From: Yuukianura sp. NJ FZ-2021
Lineage: Eukaryota
DNA length: 64,000 nt
Direction of reading: 5' to 3'
Assembly: GCA_046563655.1 (NCBI GenBank)
Contig: CM102284.1
Span: 6,944,001-7,008,000, forward strand
In this document: piece after piece, positions 14,477 to 27,522 of the stretch
Numbering within the stretch: the stretch's first letter is position 1
Layout: the number at the start of each line of letters is the position of its first letter
The notes under the pieces: generated by a model
Database searches by the model: none
What the model was told of the DNA's origin: nothing
What the model saw: only the letters and a program-made list of their open reading frames with translations
Program-made: the position numbers and the translations under genes

Positions 14477-16074
14477 GCGAGAAATCGCTTTGAACAAGGA
14501 CATTGCTTTGCAGACAATTGAAAAATGCAGTTACTCAACGTTTTTTTTATTTATGATTATTACGGAATGAATTACTGGTGCCTGGGGTGGAGTTGAACTG
14601 ACGACTGGCTGGAAAAACAGCGAAGATGACGACCTTTGTACAACAACAAGAACACTGGAGCTAGTAGATGGTGGTGGAAAGCGTTTTTTAAAATTGTTTT
14701 GGGGAAAGCGATTCAAAGAGAGAACAAAAGAAGAGAGATCAATTTTAATTGTTATAATTTTGCGAGCAACATCCAAGTTCACTTTATATCTCAAAACAAA
14801 CATTTTTTATAATTCCAAATCTTTTGTTTCTTATTTGTCTTCGTTTGAAAACCTGTGTTTTTCCTTTCGTTGTTTTGTTGTTCAATTGTGAGGACTTTTT
14901 TGATAGTTATGTACCTGAACCTTTGAGGAGGTAATTCGGAGGGAATGAATCATGATTTTTAATGCTGTTGACGATACTTAATTAGGCTATAAACTTAGAG
15001 TTAGAGAGAGAGATTAGTTTTTAGTAATTGTTAGACAAGAGGAAATATATTATAAAATATATATATAAATTTTAACTATATTATTATTTAAAAACATTTT
15101 TATGAAAAATGTTGAAGAGATGAGCTAACGGCGTGGAAATGTAACTCAAATTGGAGAGGATGGTTACTAAAGACTGCGCTTGGAATTGTTGCCCAAAGTG
15201 TCAAGTCAATTGGGTCAAATTTTGTGGTACTCTGGTTATTTGGCCGGCTTAAGGACTTTGCTATTTAAGTTTTACAAATTAGGTTAGGTTTTAACTAAAG
15301 TGTTAAATTTTGACTGTGACTTGTGCAGTCAATTTTAAAAAATGTCCAGCAGAATGACGGTGAAGGGAACGATTTTTGTAAACTTTGGAAAAAGGAGCGG
15401 CGATGTGACGAGGACTGTGACTCACTAACTTAAAGTTTTATTGTTATTAGAGGTTAAGGATTATTGCGTTGTAACTAACTGTGTACCAAAAAAAAACACT
15501 ACCAAGTTAATTACAACACTAATTAACTTTAAAATGACAAACAAAATGAAAGTGTAAGAAAAAACAAAACAACTATTATTATGACTTACAATTTTAACCA
15601 GTGTTCAATCAAATTCCTAAGTTATTAAACTTGTGTACTATTTTAAGTTCTTGTCGTTTCCAGTAAAATCCACCGTTGTTCAAAAATAAATTTTACTGGA
15701 GATGCTGTTTCATTTAGAACAAGATTTTTAACATTTATCATCGATTGGAGTCGAAATCTTTCAAAAAACGAGCGTTCAAAATTTTACTTTAAAAAAAATC
15801 GTGAGGTATAAATTTAGAACATTCAATTCTAACATTAAATTTTAGTGCCAACTTTCACGCCAGATGAAAAAAAGATTTTTTCTTGCATGATTTCTATACC
15901 TAAAACCGCTTGACTGAAATATTTGAAATTTCAATTGGCATTTAAGAAAACGAATAGAAATTTCCGATTTTCTTAATTAAAAGTTTGGGCATTTTAATTT
16001 TGCAGCGATTCCTGTCACTCAAACGCTCAATTCAGCATTCACAATTTTTTTGCCTACAATTTCGAGCATCACTT

Positions 16075-16440
16075 TTCCATATAACTTGCCTTCAAAATTT
16101 GCAAAATTTTGCAACAGAATTATGTGAATTTTCGAATTACTTAACTTTACTTAACCTAACCTTTTTGAATTAGAAAGATTTTCTGGATCATTCTGAATTT
16201 TTTCGCGAAAGAATTAGCAATTTATTGCATTCCATTCCTGAGATATGAATTTTGAAAGTTTTGTAATTTTATGAAATTTTGGAAAGAGATTTTCCAATGT
16301 GAAGTTGGAGGCTCCTCTGAAAAAGTGACAGGAGCTATGCGGATTTTATGCGACTCGAAAAGGCTCCTCTCCCTTCCCTATCCTTTTTCCCACCACTCAC
16401 CTTCCCATACAAAAAGCACACAAGAGCAAAAGACCTATCT
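16075..16440. repeat. Dispersed repeat family, probably part of a non-autonomous DNA element; copies at 62666-63027 (close) and about 17787-18025 (more diverged)
   Basis: Direct sequence match; ORF-track peptides at 16271 and 62862 both start MKFWKEIFQCEVGGSSEKVTGAMR. Confidence 0.85.
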
Positions 16441-16553
16441 CGCCTCTTCGCTTCGTATAATCTCCGATCTACTTTTCTGCTCTCCCGAAGGCCTCCCATG
16501 TAAAAGACTCTTCAAAAACTTGAACTTGGAGAACACACTCATTTCCACAGCTA

Positions 16554-17315
16554 CAGAAAGGTACCAATTTTGGAAACCACGCTATTGCTCTTTCTCCTCC
16601 CTCTTTATACCGAAAATTTCCAACAAGTGGAGGGAGAGAGAAGGCGGGAAGAGAACTTGTCAACAATTCCAACAGTTGACAAATCTTTTGCTTACATGTG
16701 ATAAAGGTGTAGTCCCGGTATTCTTTATCATTAATTAGTTACAGTTAATCGTTAGTTATATGACTATTCTTTAGCAATGCTAAAGTCGAAGTTCCTTACT
16801 TTAGAAACGAAACAAAAAATTCTATCACAGTTAGTTAACCAATTCTACAAGAAAAGACATCTGTGCTCAATATTCAATTACAAAAGCAACAGTGAGCAAA
16901 ATATTCCAGCAAGAAAACCGAATTATAAGTTTCAATGGGAACTCAAAGGTAAATTAATTGGACTAAATCTTATCTGAATAGTAACTAGACCAAGGTTTCT
17001 GGCACCTAAGTGTTCGGGTTTTTATCAAAAAAAAAAGGCTCAGCTGGTCTTCGAAAGCTCCCACTTCTATTAATTAGAAATGGTATAGAAATGATTTTTG
17101 AGTCCTGGGAAGAAATTGAATCTGCTACAATTGTTAATTGTTTTAAGAAGTGTCAAAATGCTAATTAAAGCTTTGTTCAACTAAATAAACTCGTTAAACA
17201 AATCAACACTTTTCCGATACAGTTTTGCACATTACTAGAAATTTTACGGTAATCGTGGGAGGAGTGAGATGAGAAGGAGCCAATCAGAGAAGTTTCCAAA
17301 ATTGGTACCTTACTG
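16554..17315 (+). mobile_element. Internally deleted pogo/Tigger-like (Tc1/mariner superfamily) DNA transposon, 762 bp
   Basis: 24-bp TIRs CAGAAAGGTACCAATTTTGGAAAC / GTTTCCAAAATTGGTACCTTACTG (1 mismatch) flanked by TA on both sides. Remnant CENP-B-like HTH start KSKFLTLETKQKILSQL (ORF 16777) and remnant DDE C-terminal motif ESWEEIESATIVNCFKKC (~17100-17155). Confidence 0.85.
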
Positions 17316-17786
17316 TAGTACTTTCTACTACTCAAGTCCACAGGTAATTACATCTCACTCATCTCATTTGCAAATATCCTTACACTTAATTTCGCATAAA
17401 AATTTGCAAACAAACTTACATTCAAAATGTTTCGAAATTTCGAAATAAAAAAACGTTTGCAATGTATGTCTTTTCTACCGTCTCAGACTATCACTATGTA
17501 ACTAATACACTTTAGAAACTTGCAAAACACTGGCAGCATTCATCCGTAATGTGTTCCCGTTTTACAAAATTTTAAAAATTTCAATCTTGCAGAGATTTCT
17601 GCGAAACCATCGCTCGACTCAACTTGCAAAACTTCTTTTTGCATAGCGTGCTGCGAAAATTTTGCACTCAACGCATCTTCAAAATTTTTAAGAAATTTGA
17701 AAAAAAATTCCTGGACTATTGTTCATGGTTTTTGTTAAGAATCAATCAAATTTTCGATTGCAGTTTTTTGTGCTGAAAATATTCTA

Positions 17787-18025
17787 GAGATCATTCTGAA
17801 TTTAGATGTGAAGAGATTAGGTTGATAAAGCATTCCATTCCTGAGATATTAATTTTTTAAGATTTTGAACTTTCTGAAATTTTGGAAAGAGATTTTCCAT
17901 TGAGATGATGGAGGGTCCTCTGAAAAAAGTGTCAGAAGCTATGCGGGGATTAGGCGACCCAGAAAGGCTCCTCTCCTTTCTCAATTTTTTTTTCCCGCTG
18001 GCGGCCTTCCCATACAAAAAAGCTA
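17787..18025. repeat. Diverged copy of the 16075-16440 repeat
   Basis: Shares gatcattctgaattt...cattccattcctgagatat...tgaaattttggaaagagattttcca...cctctgaaaaa..gctatgcgg; boundaries approximate. Confidence 0.7.
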
Positions 18026-19755
18026 AAAAGCCAAAGAATGGGAAGCCCTTTTTGCTTTGTATAATCCCCTATCTCAAATTGTCAAAATCCACTCCTGTCA
18101 CTTTTCAATTCCCCGAATCATAAAACTCCAAAAATTTCAACTTTCTCGCAATTTCTTCGACTCCATCGATCAGATGAAGTTGCAGAACGTCATTTCACAT
18201 CCTTTAGTGCAAATTATTTGCAAAAATGCCCTTGCTTTTGAACAACAAGCAGCAGAATTTTCTAAATTGCAACTTAGCAACCTTGCAGCAGTTTTTGTGG
18301 CTTCATCTCGTAGATTGGAGTTTCAGATCAAAATTGCACTACTTTTAGTGCAAAATTTTTGCAAAACACCCAAAATGAAGACTTTTTACGTCATAAAAAA
18401 TTACGGGTGCCCAACGTTTTCAAATTATGTTAAAAAATGAGTAAATTTCGATTTACATTAAAACAAATTTCAGGTTTTTATTAATAATAAGAATAACTTC
18501 CATAAAATACAGTTGATTAATTAAATTAAATCATCCAGTACGTGGCCATTGTACTTTTGTTATTTGTTTGTATATCGTTTCTCCTTGCTTGTTTCAGCAT
18601 CATCAGTACTAATTTTCAATCTCCACACTGTCCGAATTGTTAACATTTCTGCACTTCGCAATTCTCAAGCATAAAAACTTAAATCCTCAACAATTAACTA
18701 AAACAACACAAGTAATTGAACAACAATAGAAGTCTAATTAGTAACAATAAGTCTACAGGAGGGAATTCAACAGGAAGGAACTTAAGGACTGGCCTTCAAT
18801 AAGAATCTTATTGATTGTCATTGGACAAAAAAATTTCTAAAAATTCTACAAATTTAACAGTCACATTTAGATAGATATAATGTACCCCTTGCTACAAAAA
18901 AAATTCTTCCGATTGCTATCCCGGGTTTTTAGTAGTAACTAACACAATTTGGTAATCAACACTAGTAAATCAAAACTAAATTTTAGCAATTAGTCATAAT
19001 CACCACAACAGAAGTTACAGTTTTCGACGGAATTAGGAATACAAATTAAGGTTACTCTTTCTAAACATCAAGTCTCTCATTTTTAGTGTTTTAGTTGCAT
19101 AAGAACAACTCCACACTAAAAATTTTACGATCCAGATTGTTGCTGCTGATTTCTAAATACTAGCTAAATCTTCCTTTTCTTTTCTTAATTACTTTTACTA
19201 CACAATTGGAACATTTATGAGCTCTAATTTGCTCAAACGGCTATAAAGTTCAACAGCAAATTTTAGAAAACAAGAAATATTGGAATCGCAGCTCTTAAAA
19301 TTCTGATTATAAATAAACTCTTTCTCATTTCCCTTACCAAAATGGTATTACAAACATTTAAACTAACAATAATTAAAACTCTTCATTTGTCATTTACAAG
19401 AAAAGAACACGATATAAGTCAGTATTGAGTTTGGATAACAATAATAACTAATAAATAGTAAATTACTTTTCTCTTTTTTTAAACTTTTTCATAAAACTAA
19501 GAAAGTGTAGCTTCTATTACTAACCAAGCTCTCCATTTCAAAACTTTAGAGATAGAACCTGGTTGAACAGTTTACAGTCATAGTCAAGTTACACGTTACC
19601 GGAATGAAATGCAGTTGAACTTTTCAATTTTGGAATTTTAAAACTGACTTTTCTAGAAATGTCCAATAAGTTCCCAAGTTTCAGTCTTTCAGGAGCTACA
19701 CTTTCCGTTTTTTGAATTGATGCCTAATAACATTTGAAGTAGCCTTAAACTTGGA

Positions 19756-22700
19756 TCAAGTTGAGTTCCAGCGGTCAAACTCAATTCCAGAATCTGGAGA
19801 TGAGCCAATTGTACCTGCTGGACTCAGAAATTGCGAATGTATTTGACGTTCAAAATCCAAAAGTTGACCCATGAAATGAAAATTCGGGGAAATGTTTGCT
19901 TTCCTGGCTCTGACTCGGTCGTAAGCTTCATTCAGGGAAAGACTCATCTTGAACATGAGGTAAGCCATGGTGATTGTTACGGAACGCGATATTCCAGCTA
20001 AGCAATGGACCAAAACGCCTTCATCCTTGGAACGCCCTTCATCTAAAAATAGAACAGATCAAAATTATTAGTTTTCACTTTCATTAAAACTAACAAATAA
20101 AACTTTCTCTAGTTCCCCAAAAGGTGTACATGTCGTTTTAGTTTAAAAAGTTCTCTCCCACGCCAAAGCCTCTCCTCTTCTCCAGCACTTTCCTCATTTG
20201 TTCTAAACTTTATTTGAGTCATTAGACCTAATCAAAAAGTCTTCATTTGACACTCCCATTTTCATTTGACAAGGCACAAACCCACACACCTTTCCCATAT
20301 CTGTCTGCCCACGCTTCCACTTTCTCCAAACTAGAAAATGCTGCTGTCCTTGAGGGCTTGATGAAGCATTTAAGGCTCCCACCCACACACAAATAATCAT
20401 CTTAAGGCCCTTAACACCTCAAAAATCAATGAACAAAGTGGCCTATCCAGGAATTCCTGGAAGGAACTCTTAACCACAAACATTACTCTTCATTCTCTGC
20501 GCTACCCAATCCTTCTAAGTTAAAAATTTATGCCTTCCCATTTTTCCAAGATTTCATCAAGCCGCGATGCTTTTTGTTTCCTCTCCACTCAATTTGCGAA
20601 CTCCTAAGTCGATTCATTCTAGAAAGCCAAAGTCTCTCGGAAGCCATTTCCTAACATCTTGTCATCGTTATAATGATGATGATCTTGGTCTCATCTTTCA
20701 GACATTTCCGCCTCCTTTGCCAAAACTGTCACTCAACTTCTTGAGGAAAGTGTCGTCTGATGAATGGAGAGAGACATGATGAAAGATGAGTGACAGAGCT
20801 ACTAAGAATTTCAGTGAACTCGTCCCTGTTTCTTATGCAATGTGATTCTCTGGTTCTGAATGAAAACTAAGAAAACGTCATTCATTTCCGCGAAAAGCCC
20901 AAGCTCAAACCCTGTTCAAAACAAGATCTTCCCAAACTACACTTTCTAATTGAAATACGAAACAAACAAGTCGCACAGTTGGGAAGGATTGAAAGCCTCC
21001 GGGATTAATCTCGCTTTCCATTTCAGTTTATCAAATGCAAAAAAATGAAATGGAAAACTCATCTTGCAAAGCAACAACATTCTGGAAAACCATAAGTTCA
21101 GGAGAAACATAATCCTCCAAGAGCCACATCCCCAGCAGCAGCTCTTTCATCTTCCTTTATTATTGATCTACGTTTTTGTAATCAAACAAGGATGAAAAGC
21201 GGGAAGTAAACATATCCATCCATCCTTCAAAAGGACACAATCTTTCTCTTTCACAGCAGGAAATGATCCACTCTTATAACGAGAGAAAGCACACTGAAAA
21301 AAAAACACGGCCACGAGCCGCAAAGTTCGATCAAAATGAGAAAGACTGTGACGGGAGGGAGGTCGATTTTCCATTCATTCATAAGAAAAACTCACCGCAG
21401 TGAGAATCGTGCTGCTCGTGTAACGTCGTCGACAACAGTGGACACGAGTTCCCACAGAAAAAAAAAACTTTCTCCCCTCTGCGCCCTGCATTTTCCAACG
21501 GCACCAGCTTGATACACTTTCCATTTTCCCGGAAAGCTTTCCATTTTACGCTCTCCATTCCTTTCTTATGGAGAAAACGGCAGAGACGGAAGTGAGAGAA
21601 AGTCCTTGAATCGGGCCAAGCACACAGCCTTAGTTTTCCACGCCGAGGCCACACTAGAGCGTCCCTCGCCTGAAATTCTGAGATTAATAGCGTGCGCGTG
21701 GGAGGAAGGCATTATTGATCTCTTCCAGAACCACTCTGCAGCGTTTCAGCATCGACCCTAGCCCACCCTTGTTGAAAACTTATAAAAACCAGGATCTTCA
21801 GAATGAAACTGCTTTCTCCATTCTACTTTTTCCTTTGATAGGAATGGAGCTCTTGAGTACTAGCTTTCACTCCACCCCCATTGATTCACGACTTTCTCCC
21901 TCTCAGTTCCCTGCCGGGTAACAAACGCTCTGTAGTCTCATGATGGAATGGTAAAGTTGGTGAGGGCGTTGGGTTAGCACGGAACACGTTCGTGTGCTAG
22001 CCACCGCCACACTTCACCAAACCTCACTTCAATTGATTTTAAAGCCCCTCCAGGAGAATCTCTACACTAACTTTCTTTTTCATTCATTCACAACAGACAG
22101 AGAAAGGAAACGAAGAGAAATGCTAGAAAACTTTCTCTAACCCTAACCCAAATACCCTGCGGTGGAGTTGTGAATGAAGCAAGCAGCAGAGCTATAAAAA
22201 TTTTCAGAAAATGAAAAATCTATCCCTCAGCGTCGATTATTTCGCAATAAGTGGAAGTTTTGAGTAGAGCTTGCCAAAAACCTCAAAAAAATTAATCATT
22301 TTCCACAACTCTTTGACTTCTCTACACGCGTCGACTCCGATTAATGATCCCGTTTTCTAAGACACGCCAACGCCTTTTCTCAGAACCATATTGAAAACCA
22401 CTGGAAGATTGACTTTCTGACAAAGTACCTCTCCAGCTCTTTAATAGTAAATCACCACAAAAAGCGGAAAACCATCCATCCATATGCATTCGCAGTCCAT
22501 TCATACGAACCCGAAATCTATAGAATCTGAACTTTTAAAAGGAAAAGCGGAATAGAGATGTTAATGCTTAATGAAATTTTGGTCTATTCTCCTGAAACCT
22601 CAACCGCAACCAATTCCAAGGTATGGAACTACACAATTACACCGTGAAAGCTAAAGAGCATAATGTAGGCGTCTGTACAGGAACATTAGACGCGAAGAGA

Positions 22701-25638
22701 TAGACAGCCGAAACTTTGTATGGCGTTGGCGACGTGACATGATTCAGAAACCTAATTCGATTTCAATTTATCATCTTCCTTTTGTGTTTTTGCAGTGATC
22801 CCTAAATACCACAGCCTTATTACTAAAAGGCTTTTGGCATCACTTTCACTAAAACTGAATATGAAATGATACGTTAAGTTTAAGCGCAAAATCAATCATC
22901 CTGTCTGCTCCGCTTCACCGCCAACGCCAAATTTTCTGCATGTACTTTACATAAACTGGAACGCTAAAAACTTCCTGCTTCAGATGAAGCGAAACTCTCA
23001 AAATTGCCTACTTTGCGGCAAAACTCTCAAAATTTTATACTTTAGAGTACGCGCAACGCTAAAAATTTCTATTTCTTAGTACTAGGTTACAAACTTACCA
23101 ATAAAGGCAATGGCAGACGGAAAGTAGCTGAGTAGAGACTGGGTCCAGTGATCTGAAATTGGAATCTGTAAGTATCGGATTTCATCTTCAAAGTGATTTG
23201 GCAAATCTGGCGTAACGTTGAGAATCTAAACAAAAAAAAACATGATAAAAATATTATTTTCTTTCAATTTCAAAAATTAAATCCAAAAATTATAATTTAA
23301 TCCGTCCATACGTGTTTGATGTTGTGTCTTTCAAGAGCATTTCCATCTGAACTAATTCCAGCATTTCCCAAGTACAAATTAGGAATGATTTCAACCGGAA
23401 AAGCCTATAAAAACAAAAAAGGAGAAAGTTCAGTTTCATCTCGTAAAATATACAAAGTATCTCGTAAAATATACTCTCGAGATAATTTCAGTGACTATAA
23501 CAAGCAGGAGCAAGCAGGTACAGATAAAACTCAAGTACTGTTCAGTGGATCCATCATCACATCGAAGTTTCATGACATAACATATTGTTATCCCCATAAA
23601 AGTGTTTATCATACAGAAAACAGTCAAACCAGCTGCAGAATCTGAACTTAAAATGAATGAAACTCCCAACGTAATATTGATTTTATTATTAGCACTACAA
23701 CCTTTCACTCTATAATTCCAATTTCCTCTTGTTTTTACTGACATTCTCTCCTTGTACAAACGTTGACTCCACTCAACTGTTTTTTCCTGTTCCACGACCT
23801 TCGACCTCCCGAAACCGCTTTTCTCGCAGCCTCAAACTTTCAATTTCCTGCTCTTTAGTTTAGTAAATTGAATTATGGGAGACAGGAGGCTTCAGTTCAT
23901 AGTCTATTTTTAACATCCTCCTTCAAAAACCGGAAATCCTAAAAATGAGTGACGTGAGAACGTATTTCTCGGATTTTGTTGTTTGATGTCCCACTGCCAA
24001 AAAATAATCCTAAACGTCAAGACTTCACAAAATTCTTTCCCATAGTGCTCAAATGCTTCCCTTCGTCCTGTCTAAACTGTCATTTCCTGTGTGTGTCCTA
24101 ACTTCCAAAGGAAGATTTAAGATCCTTTGAAGATACTTTTATGGAACAGGGACTAAGACAAGAATATTGCCCAAAATTATTTTTGAGACGTTGAGTAAAC
24201 TGGGTGTTTTCCCATATGAAACCGGATGAGTCGGTTGTGCTTCAAGAAACCTAAGCTTCAAGGTTATCCGCAGAATGGAAAAACAGAAAGATGAAGTATG
24301 GGCTCATGTGGAGAGTCCAAAAATTTAAATCTTAAATCAACCAACCGAAGCTTTTGTTTATACAGAAAAGTCAAAAAGGCCTGTCTGAATCTTTCAAAAA
24401 CTAAAATAATGCTAAACCTTTCATGGGTGTCGACTAAAGTCAAACTTGCTTAGCATCTTTCGTAACTTTGGTGTTAACCTTCTGGAATTGTAAAGTCAGA
24501 CAGCAAGGAGCAATTCAAGAGGCGTGGGACTAGGATTGATTTTGCAAATCAAATTTCATTTTCTTTTTATGACTTGCACTGGAAGAAAAACTACTAAAAG
24601 TGTGCTCATGTTACACTCTGCTCTAACCATCACCTCATGTTCTCACGTTCTGATTCGTAAAGCATAGGAATAGTTAGGTGGAAACGAGACAACGGATTAG
24701 TTGCTGTTCACTGCTCAGAGCTTTTGAACGTTTTGAAATAAAAGTATGAAAAAGGAGAAACTCACGTCATCGGGATCAAAACCAATCGAGGAATCACAAG
24801 CGTCTCCTTCATCTTTAATCCGGAGAGATGCTAAGCTTCCAAGCCCAAGAAGTGGAACTTCACCCGGTTCAGCGAATGGTCCAGGAGAGTTATTGGATGA
24901 TGATGATGACGAAGATAGATGGTGGTTATTAGGAGCGATTTTCTTGGTTTCATTTGCTTCAACCCATTCAGGGTAAAGGTCACGAAATTCTGTCAGTCCT
25001 CCTTTAAGAAATGAGAAAACTGTGAGTTAAAGGTGTAAAAAATACGAATTCGTCAATAAAACTTTACAATTTAAAACAATTTTCGAAAGAATAAGCCATA
25101 CAAATTGATTTCTCTTACCTCGGAGTGTAAAGACATGGCATCCATTTTGGGCTAACTTTTTGGCAACAAGTGAGACAATCTCGGAGAGCTCCGTACCATC
25201 CCGACTGGAGTCTGGTCCAGAAGAGAAGGCATCGTACACGACGAATGTTATGCTGGAGTTGGCCATCTTCTTCTTCAGCTCTTTAGATTTGTCAAATAGG
25301 TCAATTTTTCCAGTTTGAATGCGCCTGACCATGATGGCCGGGAATGTGACATTGACTGCTCCTCGGATATGGGCGTCATGGAATTCACCAGGATTTTGGC
25401 AGTCGAGCATAATGACTTCTGAGTGCTGGGTCTTATTACTACTTGGGCAGTTGTTACTTGATTCCTCTTCGTCACAATGTATCAAATCATCTTCTACGTC
25501 GTCCTCTTCTGAGCACATTCTTGTTGACTGTTCTGATTCAATATTATTATCACACCTTCCGAAACGATTATTCACTCGCAGAATTTCGCAGACAAGTTGT
25601 TCCGGTGTGATAGACTCTGGTTGTTGCATTGTTTGCAT
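19756..25638 (-). CDS. Mkp3: Dual-specificity MAP kinase phosphatase, MKP3/DUSP6-7 group, 420 aa. Exons 25638-25119, 25001-24766, 23404-23312, 23225-23099, 20042-19756
   Basis: Rhodanese domain with kinase-interaction motif [22 protein letters not shown]; general-acid loop ISDHW; catalytic [20 protein letters not shown]. All GT-AG joins stay in frame (1263 nt). Confidence 0.95.
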
Positions 25639-26899
25639 TTAAAATGATGATGAACACAGGGAGTTTAGAAGTAGTGCTTCTTATTGGAAATGTTGGTGTG
25701 TCAGCACGAGACACGTCGTTAATTGCTTTCTTGAGAATTTGATGATCTGTCAAGTACCCTTGTCCTTTGAAATCTACAAAACAGAATACAACAATTTAAT
25801 TACGCCAGATTTCCAATAGCAAATTATTTCAATCGTACTGGCAAAATTCGCAGAAATTCAAGTTTATCGCCCTACTTCAAAAAACCCAAAGCACTTAAAA
25901 CGCCTCGTTGGTCTAAAAATTGTACCACGCCGTATCAAAACAATAAACCTACAAATTCCGGTTTAACAATTGGCAAATGTCACAGCTCCCACTCACAGCA
26001 TTTCTTACATTAACATTAAGTAACTATTGAATGAACAGAAGCGGTGGCGATCGTTTATGTCAATACCAACCGTAGCGTGCAAAGACATGGATCAATTATT
26101 CTCAAAAACACCCTACCTTCCTCAACTTCAAATTATAGTTCATCTTCATAAATTTTTACTCAAACTAATCAATATTTTACCTTCTTCCAAGGGCTTCTAT
26201 TGTAAACGAAATCGACTCAACAGGCTTCTTCTAAATTGAATACATGATATTGCACACAGTTGCGTTATTATGTCCGTCTTGGTCGTCTTTGTAGTGTCCA
26301 ACCGTCCTGGAAGTTAGATTGACCTAATTTGTGCGTGTCACCTCTGCCTGTTCAAAGAAAAGAGAACGGGAGTTTTTATCAAAACCAAGAAGAGAGATCA
26401 TAAGAGATCTTAGTAAGGAAAACCAGTAGCCTGTACGTACTTAGTCAAAGAGAGTGTTAACTTACCAGATACCGATGGATGAGTAGTGATCAATTGAGGA
26501 CGATTAACTGAAGAGTCAGTTGTTGTTGGCTGTTGATAGTGAATTGAGTGTTTTACGGAGGTTCCATTGCCACTTCCCCTGACAAAAGGAGTGAAGAGGG
26601 GAGATGAGCAGAAATGAATGAATTCCCTCCTGAAGTGGTGAACTGGTCTACTCAGCTGCTCTCAGCACCAAAACTAAAAAGCCTCAGCTATACCGTCGTA
26701 CAACGGCCTGGCAGAGCCATACCTTGCTAAGGTTAAACTCAATGAATGAGCTCTACCATAGGCATGGACACCCAACAGTTCCTGGACGAAGAGCGGATTG
26801 TCCAGGCCCACCAAAGCTCCACCCACTTTCAGCTCAACTGTAAACGCAACTCCGCCTCTCCCCTGGAGAAAGAACCGAAAACTAGGCCCGCTTTCACCG

Positions 26900-27100
26900 G
26901 AGAAAGCGCGGCTAGCACTTCCTGTGCTGATAGAAAACCATTGGTTTCCAAAACCGATTAAAACCGGCGTACTAAATTTTCAGGAGAAAAACGCAAGTTG
27001 CCGCTACGTCACGTGAAACTCACGCCAAAACCGCAATGGGGTTCCGCTTCCGAGTTACGACTTCCGAGTCGGAATCAAATTGCGCCGGAAGTTCCATGCA
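26900..27100. promoter_or_regulatory. Candidate Mkp3 proximal regulatory region with ETS and CRE/E-box-like motifs
   Basis: ACTTCCTG 26917, CCGGAAGT 27085, TACGTCACGTGA 27005. It lies upstream of putative non-coding 5' exons (minus-strand donors near 26180 and 26465, acceptors near 25774 and 26349). Confidence 0.45.
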
Positions 27101-27288
27101 ATGCGAGTACACGTACACGTAGCAATAGGAGTTTACGTTTAACTGGAGGGTATTATAATCCGACGCAAACTTTACTTCAACATGGGAAGACGAAATTGAA
27201 ACTGTTCCTAATAAACGTATATACCATAACGAAACTTCCATAAAAAGCATACGGCATTGCTAACACCCATGCAAGTTGCTTTTCTGAG

Positions 27289-27522
27289 CAGTGATGCACT
27301 GTCTTCCGGCAGATTCTTCCATGGAAGACGTCTTCCAGCTTCATTCTTCTGACTTCCGGAAGATTTGAAGACGGAAGACTGGAAGACGAAATATTCTCTG
27401 GAAGACGGAAGCCGGAAGACTGGAAGACGATACTTGCTCTGGAAGACGGAAGACCGGAAGACGAATCAACTGTTTCTCTTCGGGAGGCGTGAAGACTGGA
27501 AGACGGAAGACAATACAAGACT
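27289..27522. mobile_element. hAT-like MITE, ~234 bp, filled with GGAAGAC repeats
   Basis: Flanking direct repeat TTTCTGAG at 27281-27288 and 27523-27530; degenerate TIR CAGTGATGCACTGTCTTCC / GGAAGACAATACAAGACT. Confidence 0.6.

Noticed and set aside
10604-16161. Scattered TTAGG/CCTAA doublets (arthropod telomere motif) near 10604, 15279, 16152
   Set aside because: At most two units each; not an interstitial telomeric array.
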